From sequence record NC_054933.1: DNA of 64,000 nt; one strand, given 5' to 3'. Position numbers and translations under genes: made by a program. Below, piece after piece: positions 22,258 to 31,701 of this stretch. The DNA comes from Escherichia phage teqhad. The notes beneath the pieces were generated by a model. That model did no database searches. It saw nothing but the letters and a program-made list of their open reading frames with translations, and was not told the DNA's origin. How positions within the stretch are numbered: the first letter of the stretch is position 1; each line of letters opens with the position of its first letter.

Positions 22258-24314
22258 TACATTTTGAACTTTTTAGACATTCCGTTGATGTTAACCAAAG
22301 AAGCCAAGATTTGAGAAACTTCGTTTTCCTCTTCTTTTGATTCTTCTACAAGGAATTGATTAAATCCAGCCATTGGACGAACTTCACCAGTTTCCATTAG
22401 ATGGTCGCCATCATATACCGATTCCTCTAATTGTTCAGAAGGAGGAACGATTGTACCTTCTATTAGATACTTGTTATAAGCAGTTTCTTTCATAAAGTAC
22501 GTGCTCACTTTATTAATCTTCAGTAAAATTCCACGCGGTAGAATAACTTCAGCTTCTGATGGAAATCCTGATAAATGACCTGGAACGATAACTTTGATTC
22601 GCTCAGCTCCTTTAATTACCATACCCACGCTAGTTTCAGCATCTTCATTAGCATATGTAGAATGACTACCCATATGCATCAAATCTTCTGCATCAACGGA
22701 ACCTTCTCCTTCGCCAGAAAATACTGCGCCGGAATCATCTAGAGCCATATAGTTTTTACCGTGCTCACCGAAAATATTTGGTTTAAGCGATGTGGATACG
22801 AAGTTCTTGAAATAGAACATTTTGTTTTCAATATTATGACGCAAAGTTTTAAAGGTAACTTCTTGTCCACGGTAAAGTGTAGTTCCTGGAGGAAGAACTG
22901 AACCTTTAGCGAATGCAGAATCAAGCGTCTCGATGTGTTTAATAGCTCGTTCCATATATTCTTCACGGGTAGAATCTGGTTTACCCAAAAGGAACGAGTT
23001 CATTTCAACATATGAATCTGCACAATAATCTTCAATTACGTCAGATTCAGCCTGAGTTAATCCTTTTGGAGTTACTTCAGTACTTGCATATTCATATGCC
23101 TGAGCGGCAGATTCATTAATCAATTTATAAATGCCATTCATGACAAATTGAATAATAGCTGTCTTTTCATCTGGCGTAGCTTTAGAACCTTTAGCTAAAT
23201 CATTGACAATTTTCTTAATAACATCAAAACTATTAGAAATATTAATATCAGCAAGATCGCTTAAAATTTTATCAGTTTTATAATCAAAGAATTCTTTATT
23301 CTTTAAATATTCTTGAGAACCTTGATATGTTATATCGCTCTGCAGCTTGATAGATGGATCGCGTAAACGTGCATGGGCCAATGCAATATGATTTCGGAAG
23401 TTTTCTAGTTCATAATCGTTAGATTTAAAACGAGAAGCACTTCTCATACCACCGATAGCTCCTTTGCTAAAGTTTGAACCAATCTGAATAACGCCAGAGT
23501 TCATCGGACCTTCTGCTTTATATACCGGAACTTTAGATTCAAACTCTTGATATTTCTTAGCAGCGAAGCTATCACCCTGAAGTGAAGCATCAACAGTAGA
23601 ATATTGAGCTTGTGCTGCTAATCGACGACTAATTTTAGTTTTCTGAATAACAGCTTGATCCGTGCGCTTATCATTTTCTAAAGCAATAGAAGCAGCAACA
23701 GCGACAGCTTTAGGAACAGCATTACCTGTTTTAACGTCTACATAAACATCACCAACCTTTGATTCAACTTTTGTGAATAACTCAGTTGAAATAGGAGGTA
23801 CACCTGGAATGTCTTCTAAATTGGCATTTTTACGGTAAACCATAATATATGCATATTTCTTATCATAGTCCCAGATTTCCTTTAAAAGAACATATCGACC
23901 TGCTCCTTTAGTACGTACTAAACGGTCAGCAATAACTTGCATTTGACGAGCTGCGCCATTTGTTTTACTTTTTAGTACGCGGAATAGGCATGCGTCGATT
24001 TTATACTGTTTCATTGTTTGAAGAGCAGTATCAAAAACAGCATTAATGACGCCAATTGGATTTCCACCCAAGTTTCTAAGCTTGACTAACGATAATTTCT
24101 CGTTGACACCTATCATTACGATATGCATCATTTTGTCGCCTGGCTTAACGTTTTTATTTGTATCACCGCCAGAGGTGTATGTACAAAATCTAAATCCAGG
24201 AAGAACGCTTTCTTCACCGGCTTGAATAGCAAAAATTTGTGGTATTTTATGCTTAGGATTTAAGTTAACAACCGGCGCCGAAGCGCCGTCAAATAATTCT
24301 GTAATAAGTTCCAT
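22257..24314 (-). CDS. Alt-like ADP-ribosyltransferase paralog (alt.-2 position)
   Basis: 685 aa; N-terminus MELITELFD..NLNPK.KIPQIF shared with Alt; C-terminal R (LYRGQ), STS (FVSTSL) and E (SEAEVILPRG) ART-type motifs. Confidence 0.8.
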   Translation of the reverse strand: MELITELFDGASAPVVNLNPKHKIPQIFAIQAGEESVLPGFRFCTYTSGGDTNKNVKPGDKMMHIVMIGVNEKLSLVKLRNLGGNPIGVINAVFDTALQTMKQYKIDACLFRVLKSKTNGAARQMQVIADRLVRTKGAGRYVLLKEIWDYDKKYAYIMVYRKNANLEDIPGVPPISTELFTKVESKVGDVYVDVKTGNAVPKAVAVAASIALENDKRTDQAVIQKTKISRRLAAQAQYSTVDASLQGDSFAAKKYQEFESKVPVYKAEGPMNSGVIQIGSNFSKGAIGGMRSASRFKSNDYELENFRNHIALAHARLRDPSIKLQSDITYQGSQEYLKNKEFFDYKTDKILSDLADINISNSFDVIKKIVNDLAKGSKATPDEKTAIIQFVMNGIYKLINESAAQAYEYASTEVTPKGLTQAESDVIEDYCADSYVEMNSFLLGKPDSTREEYMERAIKHIETLDSAFAKGSVLPPGTTLYRGQEVTFKTLRHNIENKMFYFKNFVSTSLKPNIFGEHGKNYMALDDSGAVFSGEGEGSVDAEDLMHMGSHSTYANEDAETSVGMVIKGAERIKVIVPGHLSGFPSEAEVILPRGILLKINKVSTYFMKETAYNKYLIEGTIVPPSEQLEESVYDGDHLMETGEVRPMAGFNQFLVEESKEEENEVSQILASLVNINGMSKKFKM

Positions 24315-24317
24315 GAT

Positions 24318-26411
24318 TTATCCTTGAACGAACTTGTAAGGCATGTTTGTAATATCTATGCAAGACGCAATAATTCCAAGAGATGATTCTACTTTCTGTT
24401 TAACGTTTGATGAAACAAATGATGCAAAGTCAACTCTGTCTTCTATTTCAATATCACCTGTCATTGCAACCAATTCACCAGTTTCCATTAAATGGTCTCC
24501 ATCATAGATTACCGATTCGGTGAGCTCTTCCGTGGTCATAACTTCAGCTTGAATGAGTTTTGTATTATTAGATGTTGTTCCGTCATTATTAGAAGCATCA
24601 GTTATTTTATTAACTTTGACCATCAATCCACGCGGTAGAATAACTTCAGCTTCTGTTGCTATTCCGAGACTTCCTGGATATACAACATTAACTTTATGAG
24701 CTCCATCAATTGCCCATCCTATTTGAACTTTAACGTATTCAGGATTTTCTTTATACGCTCTTATTTCGTTTGGATTAATAGTTATTCCTTCTTCATTTTT
24801 ATCAACTGTTAATTCATTGCGAGCTTCTGGTTCTAAAAGACCAATACCAGCATGTGTAATTCCAAAACGTCCAAAAATGATAGGAGTTAAAGAAGTAGAT
24901 ACAAAATTTCTGAAGTAGAACACTTTATTTTTAACTAGTGCTTCGTATATAGGAGCAGTCATACTTTGAGCACGATAAACTGTAATGCCTTCTGGTATAC
25001 GGTCACCATTTTCAAAAGCTGAATCTAAGTTATTTATAGCAGATTCAATTTCTTTTTCACTCATTACATCATATCGTTCTGGATTGTAACGACCTAAAAG
25101 AAGATTATTAATGTCAGTATATCCTGAACCACAATATTCTCTAATACCTCTCTTTTGTGATGGAGTATATTTAGAACCATCACGAGCGATTGTAATATCA
25201 ATCATAGGACCAGCTCCTACGCCAGAGAAACTGTATATCATTCGTTTGAGGAATTTAGTTTTTGCTGCGTTCCAGGAATTTTTAGTTATTTCTTCCCAGA
25301 CTTCATCTGGTTGTCCTTTACGATTTTTATTATGATTAGCAAGCCATTTATCTTTATAATCTTCAAAGAATTGATTTACAGCTGCTGCGTATTTCTCTAA
25401 ACATTTTATTGAAGTAGTTGGTTCATTTTTAATTGCATTAAAAATTACTTCTTTAATTTTTTCTGAAACTTCACCGACTTGACTCATTGGAAAGAATTTA
25501 TAATCATAGTGAAGTTCATCTGCCGTTCCTTCAGCAATAATTTTTGCTGCCTTTGTTTTAGAAGCTAATGAATTAATTCCAATTTTCATTTCTTCTGCTT
25601 CGGGAATTAAAGGTGCAGTAGCTGGTTTATTAAAATTAGCTGCTGTAGATTCATACTTCTGGAATAATTCACTTTCAAATCTAGAAGATTCCAATGACTG
25701 GCTTTGTGCAATTGCTCTACGGGAAATTTTAACTTTAACGATTACAGCTTGGTCAGAACGTTTATCATTTTCTTGTGCAATAGATGCTGCAATTGCCTCA
25801 TTTTTGGTTACTTGGGCTCCAGTATCTTTATTGATATAAACATCACCGACTTTCGATTCAACTTTAGTAAAGAGCTCGGTACTAATTTCCGGAACTCCTG
25901 GAATGTCTTCTAGTGATACATTTTTACGATGTATAAGAATATATGCATACTTTTTATCGTAATCCCAGAGTTCCTTAAGAAGGACGTATCTGCCACCTGA
26001 ACGACTACGGATAAGTCTATCAGCAATAACTTGAATTTGTCGAGCTTGACCAGCGGTTTTAGACTTAAGAATACGAAGCATACAAGCATCAATTTTATAT
26101 TGACGCATTGTTTGCATTGCAACAGTAAAAACTGAATTGATATAATTAATTGGGCTTGGACCAAGACCTTTTAATTTAGCAATTGAACCTTTAGCAGTTA
26201 ATGTAAAAGGAACGATATGCATCATTTTATCGCCCATTTTTAAATCGCGATTAGTATCACCTCCAGATGTATACGTGCATAAACGAAAGCCTGGTTGTTC
26301 AATTGCATCATCAACATGAACTGAAAAAATTTGTGGTATTTTCTTCTTTGGATTTAAGTTTGTAATCGGAAGAGTAGTATCTTCGTCAAATAATTCTGTA
26401 ATGAGTTCCAT
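24318..26411 (-). CDS. alt: Alt, head-packaged ADP-ribosyltransferase
   Basis: about 697 aa from second ATG (GAGGA upstream); R (VYRAQ), STS, E (TEAEVILPRG) motifs; late promoter on minus strand at 26435-26442. Confidence 0.88.
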   Translation of the reverse strand: MELITELFDEDTTLPITNLNPKKKIPQIFSVHVDDAIEQPGFRLCTYTSGGDTNRDLKMGDKMMHIVPFTLTAKGSIAKLKGLGPSPINYINSVFTVAMQTMRQYKIDACMLRILKSKTAGQARQIQVIADRLIRSRSGGRYVLLKELWDYDKKYAYILIHRKNVSLEDIPGVPEISTELFTKVESKVGDVYINKDTGAQVTKNEAIAASIAQENDKRSDQAVIVKVKISRRAIAQSQSLESSRFESELFQKYESTAANFNKPATAPLIPEAEEMKIGINSLASKTKAAKIIAEGTADELHYDYKFFPMSQVGEVSEKIKEVIFNAIKNEPTTSIKCLEKYAAAVNQFFEDYKDKWLANHNKNRKGQPDEVWEEITKNSWNAAKTKFLKRMIYSFSGVGAGPMIDITIARDGSKYTPSQKRGIREYCGSGYTDINNLLLGRYNPERYDVMSEKEIESAINNLDSAFENGDRIPEGITVYRAQSMTAPIYEALVKNKVFYFRNFVSTSLTPIIFGRFGITHAGIGLLEPEARNELTVDKNEEGITINPNEIRAYKENPEYVKVQIGWAIDGAHKVNVVYPGSLGIATEAEVILPRGLMVKVNKITDASNNDGTTSNNTKLIQAEVMTTEELTESVIYDGDHLMETGELVAMTGDIEIEDRVDFASFVSSNVKQKVESSLGIIASCIDITNMPYKFVQG

Positions 26412-26434
26412 CATATCCTCTCTAGTGTTTATTC

Positions 26435-26442
26435 TATTTATA
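26435..26442 (-). promoter_or_regulatory. late promoter TATAAATA for alt
   Basis: Reverse-complement TATAAATA 24 nt upstream of alt start. Confidence 0.6.
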
Positions 26443-26447
26443 AAATT

Positions 26448-26465
26448 AAAGGCCCGAAGGCCTTT
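26448..26465 (-). terminator. stem-loop upstream of alt late promoter
   Basis: AAAGGCC-CGAA-GGCCTTT. Confidence 0.55.
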
Positions 26466-26652
26466 AATAATCTATTGGTAAGAGAGTACGATATATTTCA
26501 AACTTTGGACCTTTTTCATAGGCATCAAATGTTTCTGTGAATTTATTATAAGCATATGCATCTATAAATTCAATCATGATTTGTGATACAGAAGTAGAAA
26601 CATCTCCACCTTCTTTTTGAGCCACGACAATTGTTTCTAAGTAAGCTTTCAT
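26464..26652 (-). CDS. hypothetical protein between gene 30 and alt
   Basis: 62 aa ORF overlapping the gene 30 stop. Confidence 0.55.
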   Translation of the reverse strand: MKAYLETIVVAQKEGGDVSTSVSQIMIEFIDAYAYNKFTETFDAYEKGPKFEIYRTLLPIDY

Positions 26653-28112
26653 AAACCAGTTACCTCATGAAAATTACCAAATACATCCTCGAATGTATTA
26701 GCTTTAGTTTTATCTTCACGCAAACGAATCGCAATCGGAAGAAATAATTTAACGTAATCAGTGCGGCCATCAGATTTTAACCAACCGTTGCATTCGCACT
26801 CTAGAATTTTTCCAATATAATAATTTTGGTTTTCCATAATGCGAGTACGGTCAAGTTCATGTGATTTTACGCCGGCTTTATCTTTTAAGCCTGAACCAGC
26901 ATTTACTTTAATTTTTCCACACTCTGACTCAAGAATAAATCCACCCGCTTTAGTAGGGTCTTTACGGTGAGGATAAATTCCTACAATTTTTAAATCAACA
27001 TCAATTACTTCTTTAAATTTATAGAGATTTTTTGAACGAGCATTTTCCCATAATCCATCGATATTTTTGAGAATAATACCTTCAAGACCTTGATCAATAT
27101 ACTTTTTGTAAATTACCTTAGCTTCATCTAGGTTATTTACTACTTGGTTTTCAATTAAAATTACTTTATCATAGCCTGATGTCATTTGTTCTAGTTTAGA
27201 AAAACGTACATCATATTTTAAACGAAATGCTGGAAGACCATATATTTCTACTAATGGAACATAATCCCAGACCTGAAACTTCATGCATTGTGCTTCTTTT
27301 TCAGAAATGGTTCCCTTTAAAGATTTATTGGCGATGCCATTAGATGCAGTACGTGATTCAGCTACTTCGGCGAATTCTTTAGCTTTACTAATTTCAGGAT
27401 AAGCATCAAAAAGAAAATCTAGGCCTTCTGGTTCCTTTTCAACTTGCTCATGGTATACCAATTCGCCATCAATTAACACACCTTCTGGATGAATCTGGCG
27501 GGCTTCAGCAGTCATTTTGATTAACTCTTCCTTAAGAAGATCTAATCCTAGATATTCATTGCCAGCTCGTGATAAAAGACGAACATCATCTAATTCATCA
27601 CCTCTGACTTCGGCAAAGCACCGAGCTCCATCAGCTTTTAACTGGGCAAAGGCTGGAAATTTGATATTCTTATTAATGCCTTTTTCATCATAAGAACTTG
27701 CAAGCATTTGAGGTTGTTCAGGAATTAAACCTGGCCAAACTTTGTTCGCAATAGATACTGATGCACCGCATTCAAGGTCTCGCATCATTACTCGACGTAA
27801 TACTTCAACATCATCTTTTTTACCGTCAGTAATATATCCAGTTAATTCCTCAATTGCCGCATTTCCAGTCAATTTCCGAGTAGCTAACGTGAATTCAATG
27901 AAGTCGAGCATATCGGTAAGAGTCAACATTCCAAAACTCTGGGTAGCAATACCCGGTTTAGGCCATTTCTTGATATAATACTGTAACCCACGAGAATAAG
28001 TCAGACGATATACTCGTTTAAGCAATTCATTATCTTTATTCTTTTCAAGAATTGCTTGCTTCTGCTTAGTTGAACCAATAGATGCTATTTCGTTCAGAAT
28101 TTTAAGAATCAT
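26649..28112 (-). CDS. 30: ATP-dependent DNA ligase gp30
   Basis: 487 aa; adenylation-lysine region (KADGAR) present. Confidence 0.93.
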   Translation of the reverse strand: MILKILNEIASIGSTKQKQAILEKNKDNELLKRVYRLTYSRGLQYYIKKWPKPGIATQSFGMLTLTDMLDFIEFTLATRKLTGNAAIEELTGYITDGKKDDVEVLRRVMMRDLECGASVSIANKVWPGLIPEQPQMLASSYDEKGINKNIKFPAFAQLKADGARCFAEVRGDELDDVRLLSRAGNEYLGLDLLKEELIKMTAEARQIHPEGVLIDGELVYHEQVEKEPEGLDFLFDAYPEISKAKEFAEVAESRTASNGIANKSLKGTISEKEAQCMKFQVWDYVPLVEIYGLPAFRLKYDVRFSKLEQMTSGYDKVILIENQVVNNLDEAKVIYKKYIDQGLEGIILKNIDGLWENARSKNLYKFKEVIDVDLKIVGIYPHRKDPTKAGGFILESECGKIKVNAGSGLKDKAGVKSHELDRTRIMENQNYYIGKILECECNGWLKSDGRTDYVKLFLPIAIRLREDKTKANTFEDVFGNFHEVTGL

Positions 28113-28378
28113 TGTTCATCCTTTAGAGTTTGGTTTACAGCTCTATTATAAATCAATTCATCATTAAGCTCAGTCAAAGACCTGTGGTACGTGGTTCTAA
28201 CTTTATTTCCTTGCATCCAGTGCTTGACGTAAATGAAACCTTGCTCTACACATTTTTTAAAAATTCGTTCGTCTTTTTGAGCTCGGAATTCTGGATTGCA
28301 TCTAAAAAATTGATTTACGTGACCGTAATCACGTGTAGTATTACCTTCATTTTCATAAATAGTATGAACAACAAACAT
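28109..28378 (-). CDS. hypothetical protein (30.1 position)
   Basis: 89 aa ORF overlapping the gene 30 start. Confidence 0.6.
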   Translation of the reverse strand: MFVVHTIYENEGNTTRDYGHVNQFFRCNPEFRAQKDERIFKKCVEQGFIYVKHWMQGNKVRTTYHRSLTELNDELIYNRAVNQTLKDEQ

Positions 28379-29226
28379 TAGAATGCTCCTTGGAAAATAT
28401 TATCACCACTAGTAATTCTATTAAAATACCCTGTGTCACCAGGCTTAATATAACTCCATGTATGGAATGGATGCATCTGATGTGAGTGCGTATAATATGG
28501 ATGATATGGATTATAAGGATTAAATCCAGGAGTTCTCCAGGTAGTGTTCCAACGAAAAGAATCGTTTTTAATCATCTTTTCAATTACATCTTTTATAGCT
28601 TTTTCACTATCAAAACTTTCTTTATTTTCCTTTGGTGGAAAAAGCTTATTCTCTACATCATTCCATGTATAAACTCGCTGAGCGGTTTTTGGAATACTGT
28701 CACGCTCCCCTCGAGCCATCCAATAAACAGGAACATTTAATATTTCACTTGCATGATCGCAGTGGTGAGCGAGATCGTCAATATAACAAATTACGTTATA
28801 TTTCTCTTTTGCCTTTTTGAACAACTCTTCTTTTGAAGAATCATGACCACACATCATTACTTCTGAGAAGGCACCAGGAAAAAGAGCATTCAAATTAAAT
28901 TGGCGATTCAGCAGAGCGTCAATAGAATCACCCAATGCTGTAACAGCTACAAAATTATAATCTTCTTTTAATTTGTTAATTACACACAGAGCATCTTTAT
29001 ATGGAGACAAGTAACGAATAAAATCTGATCGATTGTATTTTTCAATTAACTTGACGCCAAGTTCTTCATCACAGTTAAAGAGTTTACCAGGAGAAATAAA
29101 TTTCTCATCCTGGATCATTTTTAAAATATGTTCTAACGGAAGATTATATTTCTGAGCAAAATAAGGAAGGCCTGATTGCCAGCTTAAACATACTCCATCA
29201 ATATCAGTTAAAATAGTAGGCTTCAT
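28378..29226 (-). CDS. HAD-like putative nucleotidase/phosphatase with P/Y/H-rich C-terminal tail (30.2 position)
   Basis: 282 aa; N-terminal DIDGV motif (HAD DxDG); tail NPYNPYHPYYTHSHQMHPFHTW. Confidence 0.65.
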   Translation of the reverse strand: MKPTILTDIDGVCLSWQSGLPYFAQKYNLPLEHILKMIQDEKFISPGKLFNCDEELGVKLIEKYNRSDFIRYLSPYKDALCVINKLKEDYNFVAVTALGDSIDALLNRQFNLNALFPGAFSEVMMCGHDSSKEELFKKAKEKYNVICYIDDLAHHCDHASEILNVPVYWMARGERDSIPKTAQRVYTWNDVENKLFPPKENKESFDSEKAIKDVIEKMIKNDSFRWNTTWRTPGFNPYNPYHPYYTHSHQMHPFHTWSYIKPGDTGYFNRITSGDNIFQGAF

Positions 29227-29687
29227 AGAGAGTCTCTTAATAGGTTTAACACATCAATAAATTCAGCTTCGGTTAGTATTGTATCATCTTTTGTTAGACC
29301 ACTAGCCATGCTGTGCTTCAAAACTTTTCCTTTCGAGGCTTGTAATGCATCACGAAAGCCCTTGTTTTGGATTGCTGCTTCAAAATATGCATTTGTGTAT
29401 AATTCTTTCCACGCCGGGGAGTATCTTGAAAACGGAACTCCAAGCCAAAAGAGGGTCCCACGGTCCTGAGCTCTTGCATAAGACCTTCCAGCTTGTTGGG
29501 CGGCAAGCCCGGATAACCCAAATATACGACGTTGTTGTTCAACATTTTTCACCTTGCACCCTTGGAGGAATCCTTCAAGACCTCCAAATTGAATACCATC
29601 CATAACGAAAGGCCATTGGGCGAAATTACTTAATGCGCATGATGGCCATCTAAAATTACTTCTAATCTCTAACTCAGACATTTTCAA
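29223..29687 (-). CDS. hypothetical protein, possible NADAR/YbiA-like fold (30.3 position)
   Basis: 154 aa; motif ...LSNF..WPFVMDGIQFGGLEGFLQGCK... recalls NADAR N-terminus (recalled, not searched). Confidence 0.6.
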   Translation of the reverse strand: MKMSELEIRSNFRWPSCALSNFAQWPFVMDGIQFGGLEGFLQGCKVKNVEQQRRIFGLSGLAAQQAGRSYARAQDRGTLFWLGVPFSRYSPAWKELYTNAYFEAAIQNKGFRDALQASKGKVLKHSMASGLTKDDTILTEAEFIDVLNLLRDSL

Positions 29688-29880
29688 TGCTTATAATTTC
29701 AACATCAGCCCAATGACCATAGCAAGGAAGACGAAATTCAACTGGCCAGTTAGGGTCCTTTTCTAATATAATAGACTCAACTTTCGGTTCTTCGTGTTCA
29801 TCAGTATACGGATTTTTATCTGTTACTTTATATGTGACCTTAATGTACTGAATTCCAAAAATCTTATTAATTATATTCAT
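29674..29880 (-). CDS. hypothetical protein
   Basis: 68 aa ORF in 30.x cluster. Confidence 0.5.
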   Translation of the reverse strand: MNIINKIFGIQYIKVTYKVTDKNPYTDEHEEPKVESIILEKDPNWPVEFRLPCYGHWADVEIISIENV

Positions 29881-30074
29881 ACTAATTCCTTTAATCCGTA
29901 AATAGGAGATAATTCATCACCCATACGAAGGTCTTCATTTCCATCTACCCAGGAAACAATATAAGCCTCTTTTATTTGAATACCACTCCATTTAAATGGA
30001 GGTAGAACCTTAGAAATTAATCCAGGTATACCAACTCCCTTTAATTCAACGGTTTGACCTAAAAAGAATTTCAT
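29877..30074 (-). CDS. hypothetical protein
   Basis: 65 aa ORF in 30.x cluster. Confidence 0.5.
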   Translation of the reverse strand: MKFFLGQTVELKGVGIPGLISKVLPPFKWSGIQIKEAYIVSWVDGNEDLRMGDELSPIYGLKELV

Positions 30075-30361
30075 TAAAACCTCATCTGAAAACCGTGCGA
30101 TTTAACGTTACCGCCGCCAATATCAGAAATGTTAATTTCGCGCGCAATTGAAGGGTCAATGTCAATTTCACGATTGAGTTTAGTGATAGCTAAAGTATCG
30201 CGCCCATTTATAGTACGGAACTCTAAAGGACAAACCACATCAACGTAGTTTTTAATCGATTCACTGGTAGGCTGCAAATGAGCAGGAAGGTCTTTAGGCG
30301 CCTTTGAAAAAACCACTTCACAGAAATTTTTGCGGGTATCAAAATAAGTAGTCATAAACAT
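30074..30361 (-). CDS. hypothetical protein
   Basis: 95 aa ORF; terminator plus early-type leader upstream. Confidence 0.55.
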   Translation of the reverse strand: MFMTTYFDTRKNFCEVVFSKAPKDLPAHLQPTSESIKNYVDVVCPLEFRTINGRDTLAITKLNREIDIDPSIAREINISDIGGGNVKSHGFQMRF

Positions 30362-30377
30362 AGTATTTTCCTCAGTA

Positions 30378-30393
30378 AGGGGCCGAAGCCCCT
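30378..30393 (-). terminator. stem-loop between 30.x ORFs
   Basis: AGGGGC-CGAA-GCCCCT. Confidence 0.55.
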
Positions 30394-30402
30394 CATTTTA
30401 TT

Positions 30403-30768
30403 TTAAATATCAAATTCGTTAAGAACTACATCAAAGATTGCTTCAAGATGCTCAGGTTTAGCTCTGTTACTCAGAATATGACGAATCCAAGTTTTAACCA
30501 AAAGCTTGCGATTAGCACCATTCCAGCAAGGATGAGTCCCTAAATCGCGTTGACGAAAATCATCATCCAGAGCGATTTTAAAGTTGGAACCTTCCATTGT
30601 GATTGAAACCGTGATGCCATTTTCAAATCGCATATAAACGTAATTAGGAGTCATATACTGTTCAATTTCGCATACTGATCCATTTTGATGTTTCCAAAGG
30701 CAAATAGTATCAATAGAACCTGCAATACCATTAGAAACATATTTACGTTCAAAGTTGATGTAGTTCAT
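30403..30768 (-). CDS. hypothetical protein
   Basis: 121 aa ORF. Confidence 0.55.
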   Translation of the reverse strand: MNYINFERKYVSNGIAGSIDTICLWKHQNGSVCEIEQYMTPNYVYMRFENGITVSITMEGSNFKIALDDDFRQRDLGTHPCWNGANRKLLVKTWIRHILSNRAKPEHLEAIFDVVLNEFDI

Positions 30769-30836
30769 TTTTGTTCTCCGAGATGTTTAATTGCGGTACA
30801 GGTATATAATATCATATCCTGTACCAAAGTAAACAA

Positions 30837-31169
30837 TTATTTTACTACTTTCCAATGCTGCATGTCAAGTTTACCAACTTTTTTCATCTTCTCAATTAAG
30901 CGTTCGGCACGTTGGCGAGCTGTAACATAATGCCATTCGCCTAATTCATTTTGTTCAATTTTTCCAACGATTACTGTATTCAATTCATAAATCCAACCAG
31001 TAAAGAAATTATGAACTTGAATTGTAAAGGTGAAATCTGTTCCCATACCTTCTGTTGTTTCTACTTCAATAATATCACCTTCAACTGCCATTAAGAACCA
31101 CATAGTTTCATCATATTTACCATTGAAGCATTTAGTTTTAACTGCAGCGTTCAGATTAATCGTTTTCAT
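30837..31169 (-). CDS. hypothetical protein
   Basis: 110 aa ORF with GTTTACA-N17-TAGTAT early promoter upstream. Confidence 0.6.
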   Translation of the reverse strand: MKTINLNAAVKTKCFNGKYDETMWFLMAVEGDIIEVETTEGMGTDFTFTIQVHNFFTGWIYELNTVIVGKIEQNELGEWHYVTARQRAERLIEKMKKVGKLDMQHWKVVK

Positions 31170-31196
31170 TTTATTCTCCTTTGTTTGTGTAAGATA

Positions 31197-31226
31197 ATAC
31201 TATCACAAAGGAACCATACTGTAAAC
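31197..31226 (-). promoter_or_regulatory. early promoter GTTTACA-N17-TAGTAT
   Basis: Follows terminator 31257-31274 on minus strand. Confidence 0.55.
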
Positions 31227-31256
31227 AACTTTGTGCAATCTTTGGAAAATAAAAAA

Positions 31257-31274
31257 GGACTCCCGAAGGAGTCC
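31257..31274 (-). terminator. rho-independent terminator downstream of 30.9-position ORF
   Basis: Minus strand GGACUCC-UUCG-GGAGUCC followed by U6. Confidence 0.7.
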
Positions 31275-31279
31275 TCAAC

Positions 31280-31456
31280 TTATGCTTTCTGCTTACCAAA
31301 ACGAGAAGCATCATCTCGAAGAACCGCACGTGCTCGGCGCATGATCTTCTCAACAGTTTGATTGATACGAGAGTTCGACCCACGCTTGTAGCCAGCGCGT
31401 TTAGAATCACCAACTTTCTTTTCAACTGCTTTCTTTGCTTTAACTTGTTTTGCCAT
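31280..31456 (-). CDS. small basic protein (30.9 position)
   Basis: 58 aa from ATG (MAKQVKAKKAVEKK...); ORF-track version starts 14 codons upstream. Confidence 0.5.
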   Translation of the reverse strand: MAKQVKAKKAVEKKVGDSKRAGYKRGSNSRINQTVEKIMRRARAVLRDDASRFGKQKA

Positions 31457-31701
31457 TATAAATTCTCTTTTAAATGAAAATGCAGGACTTATTGGCATTG
31501 CCTGCGCAAGCCCTCAAGGGGAACATAGGTTTTTGGATATTTAACGACCAGGATAACCATAAACCCGTCATCATTCACATTCAAGAGGTACACCATAAAA
31601 CTGCCGGGGTCTTAAAACTATAATGATTCGCAAATCATTAATCAGACAGTTCGATGGCTCCTCGATTTTAGCTCACACTAAGGCAGTGAATCTCCAATAA
31701 A

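Noticed and set aside
31171-31425. 84-aa minus-strand ORF overlapping the 30.9-position gene
   Set aside because: It spans a rho-independent terminator and an early promoter and overlaps a better-supported small basic ORF; probably spurious.
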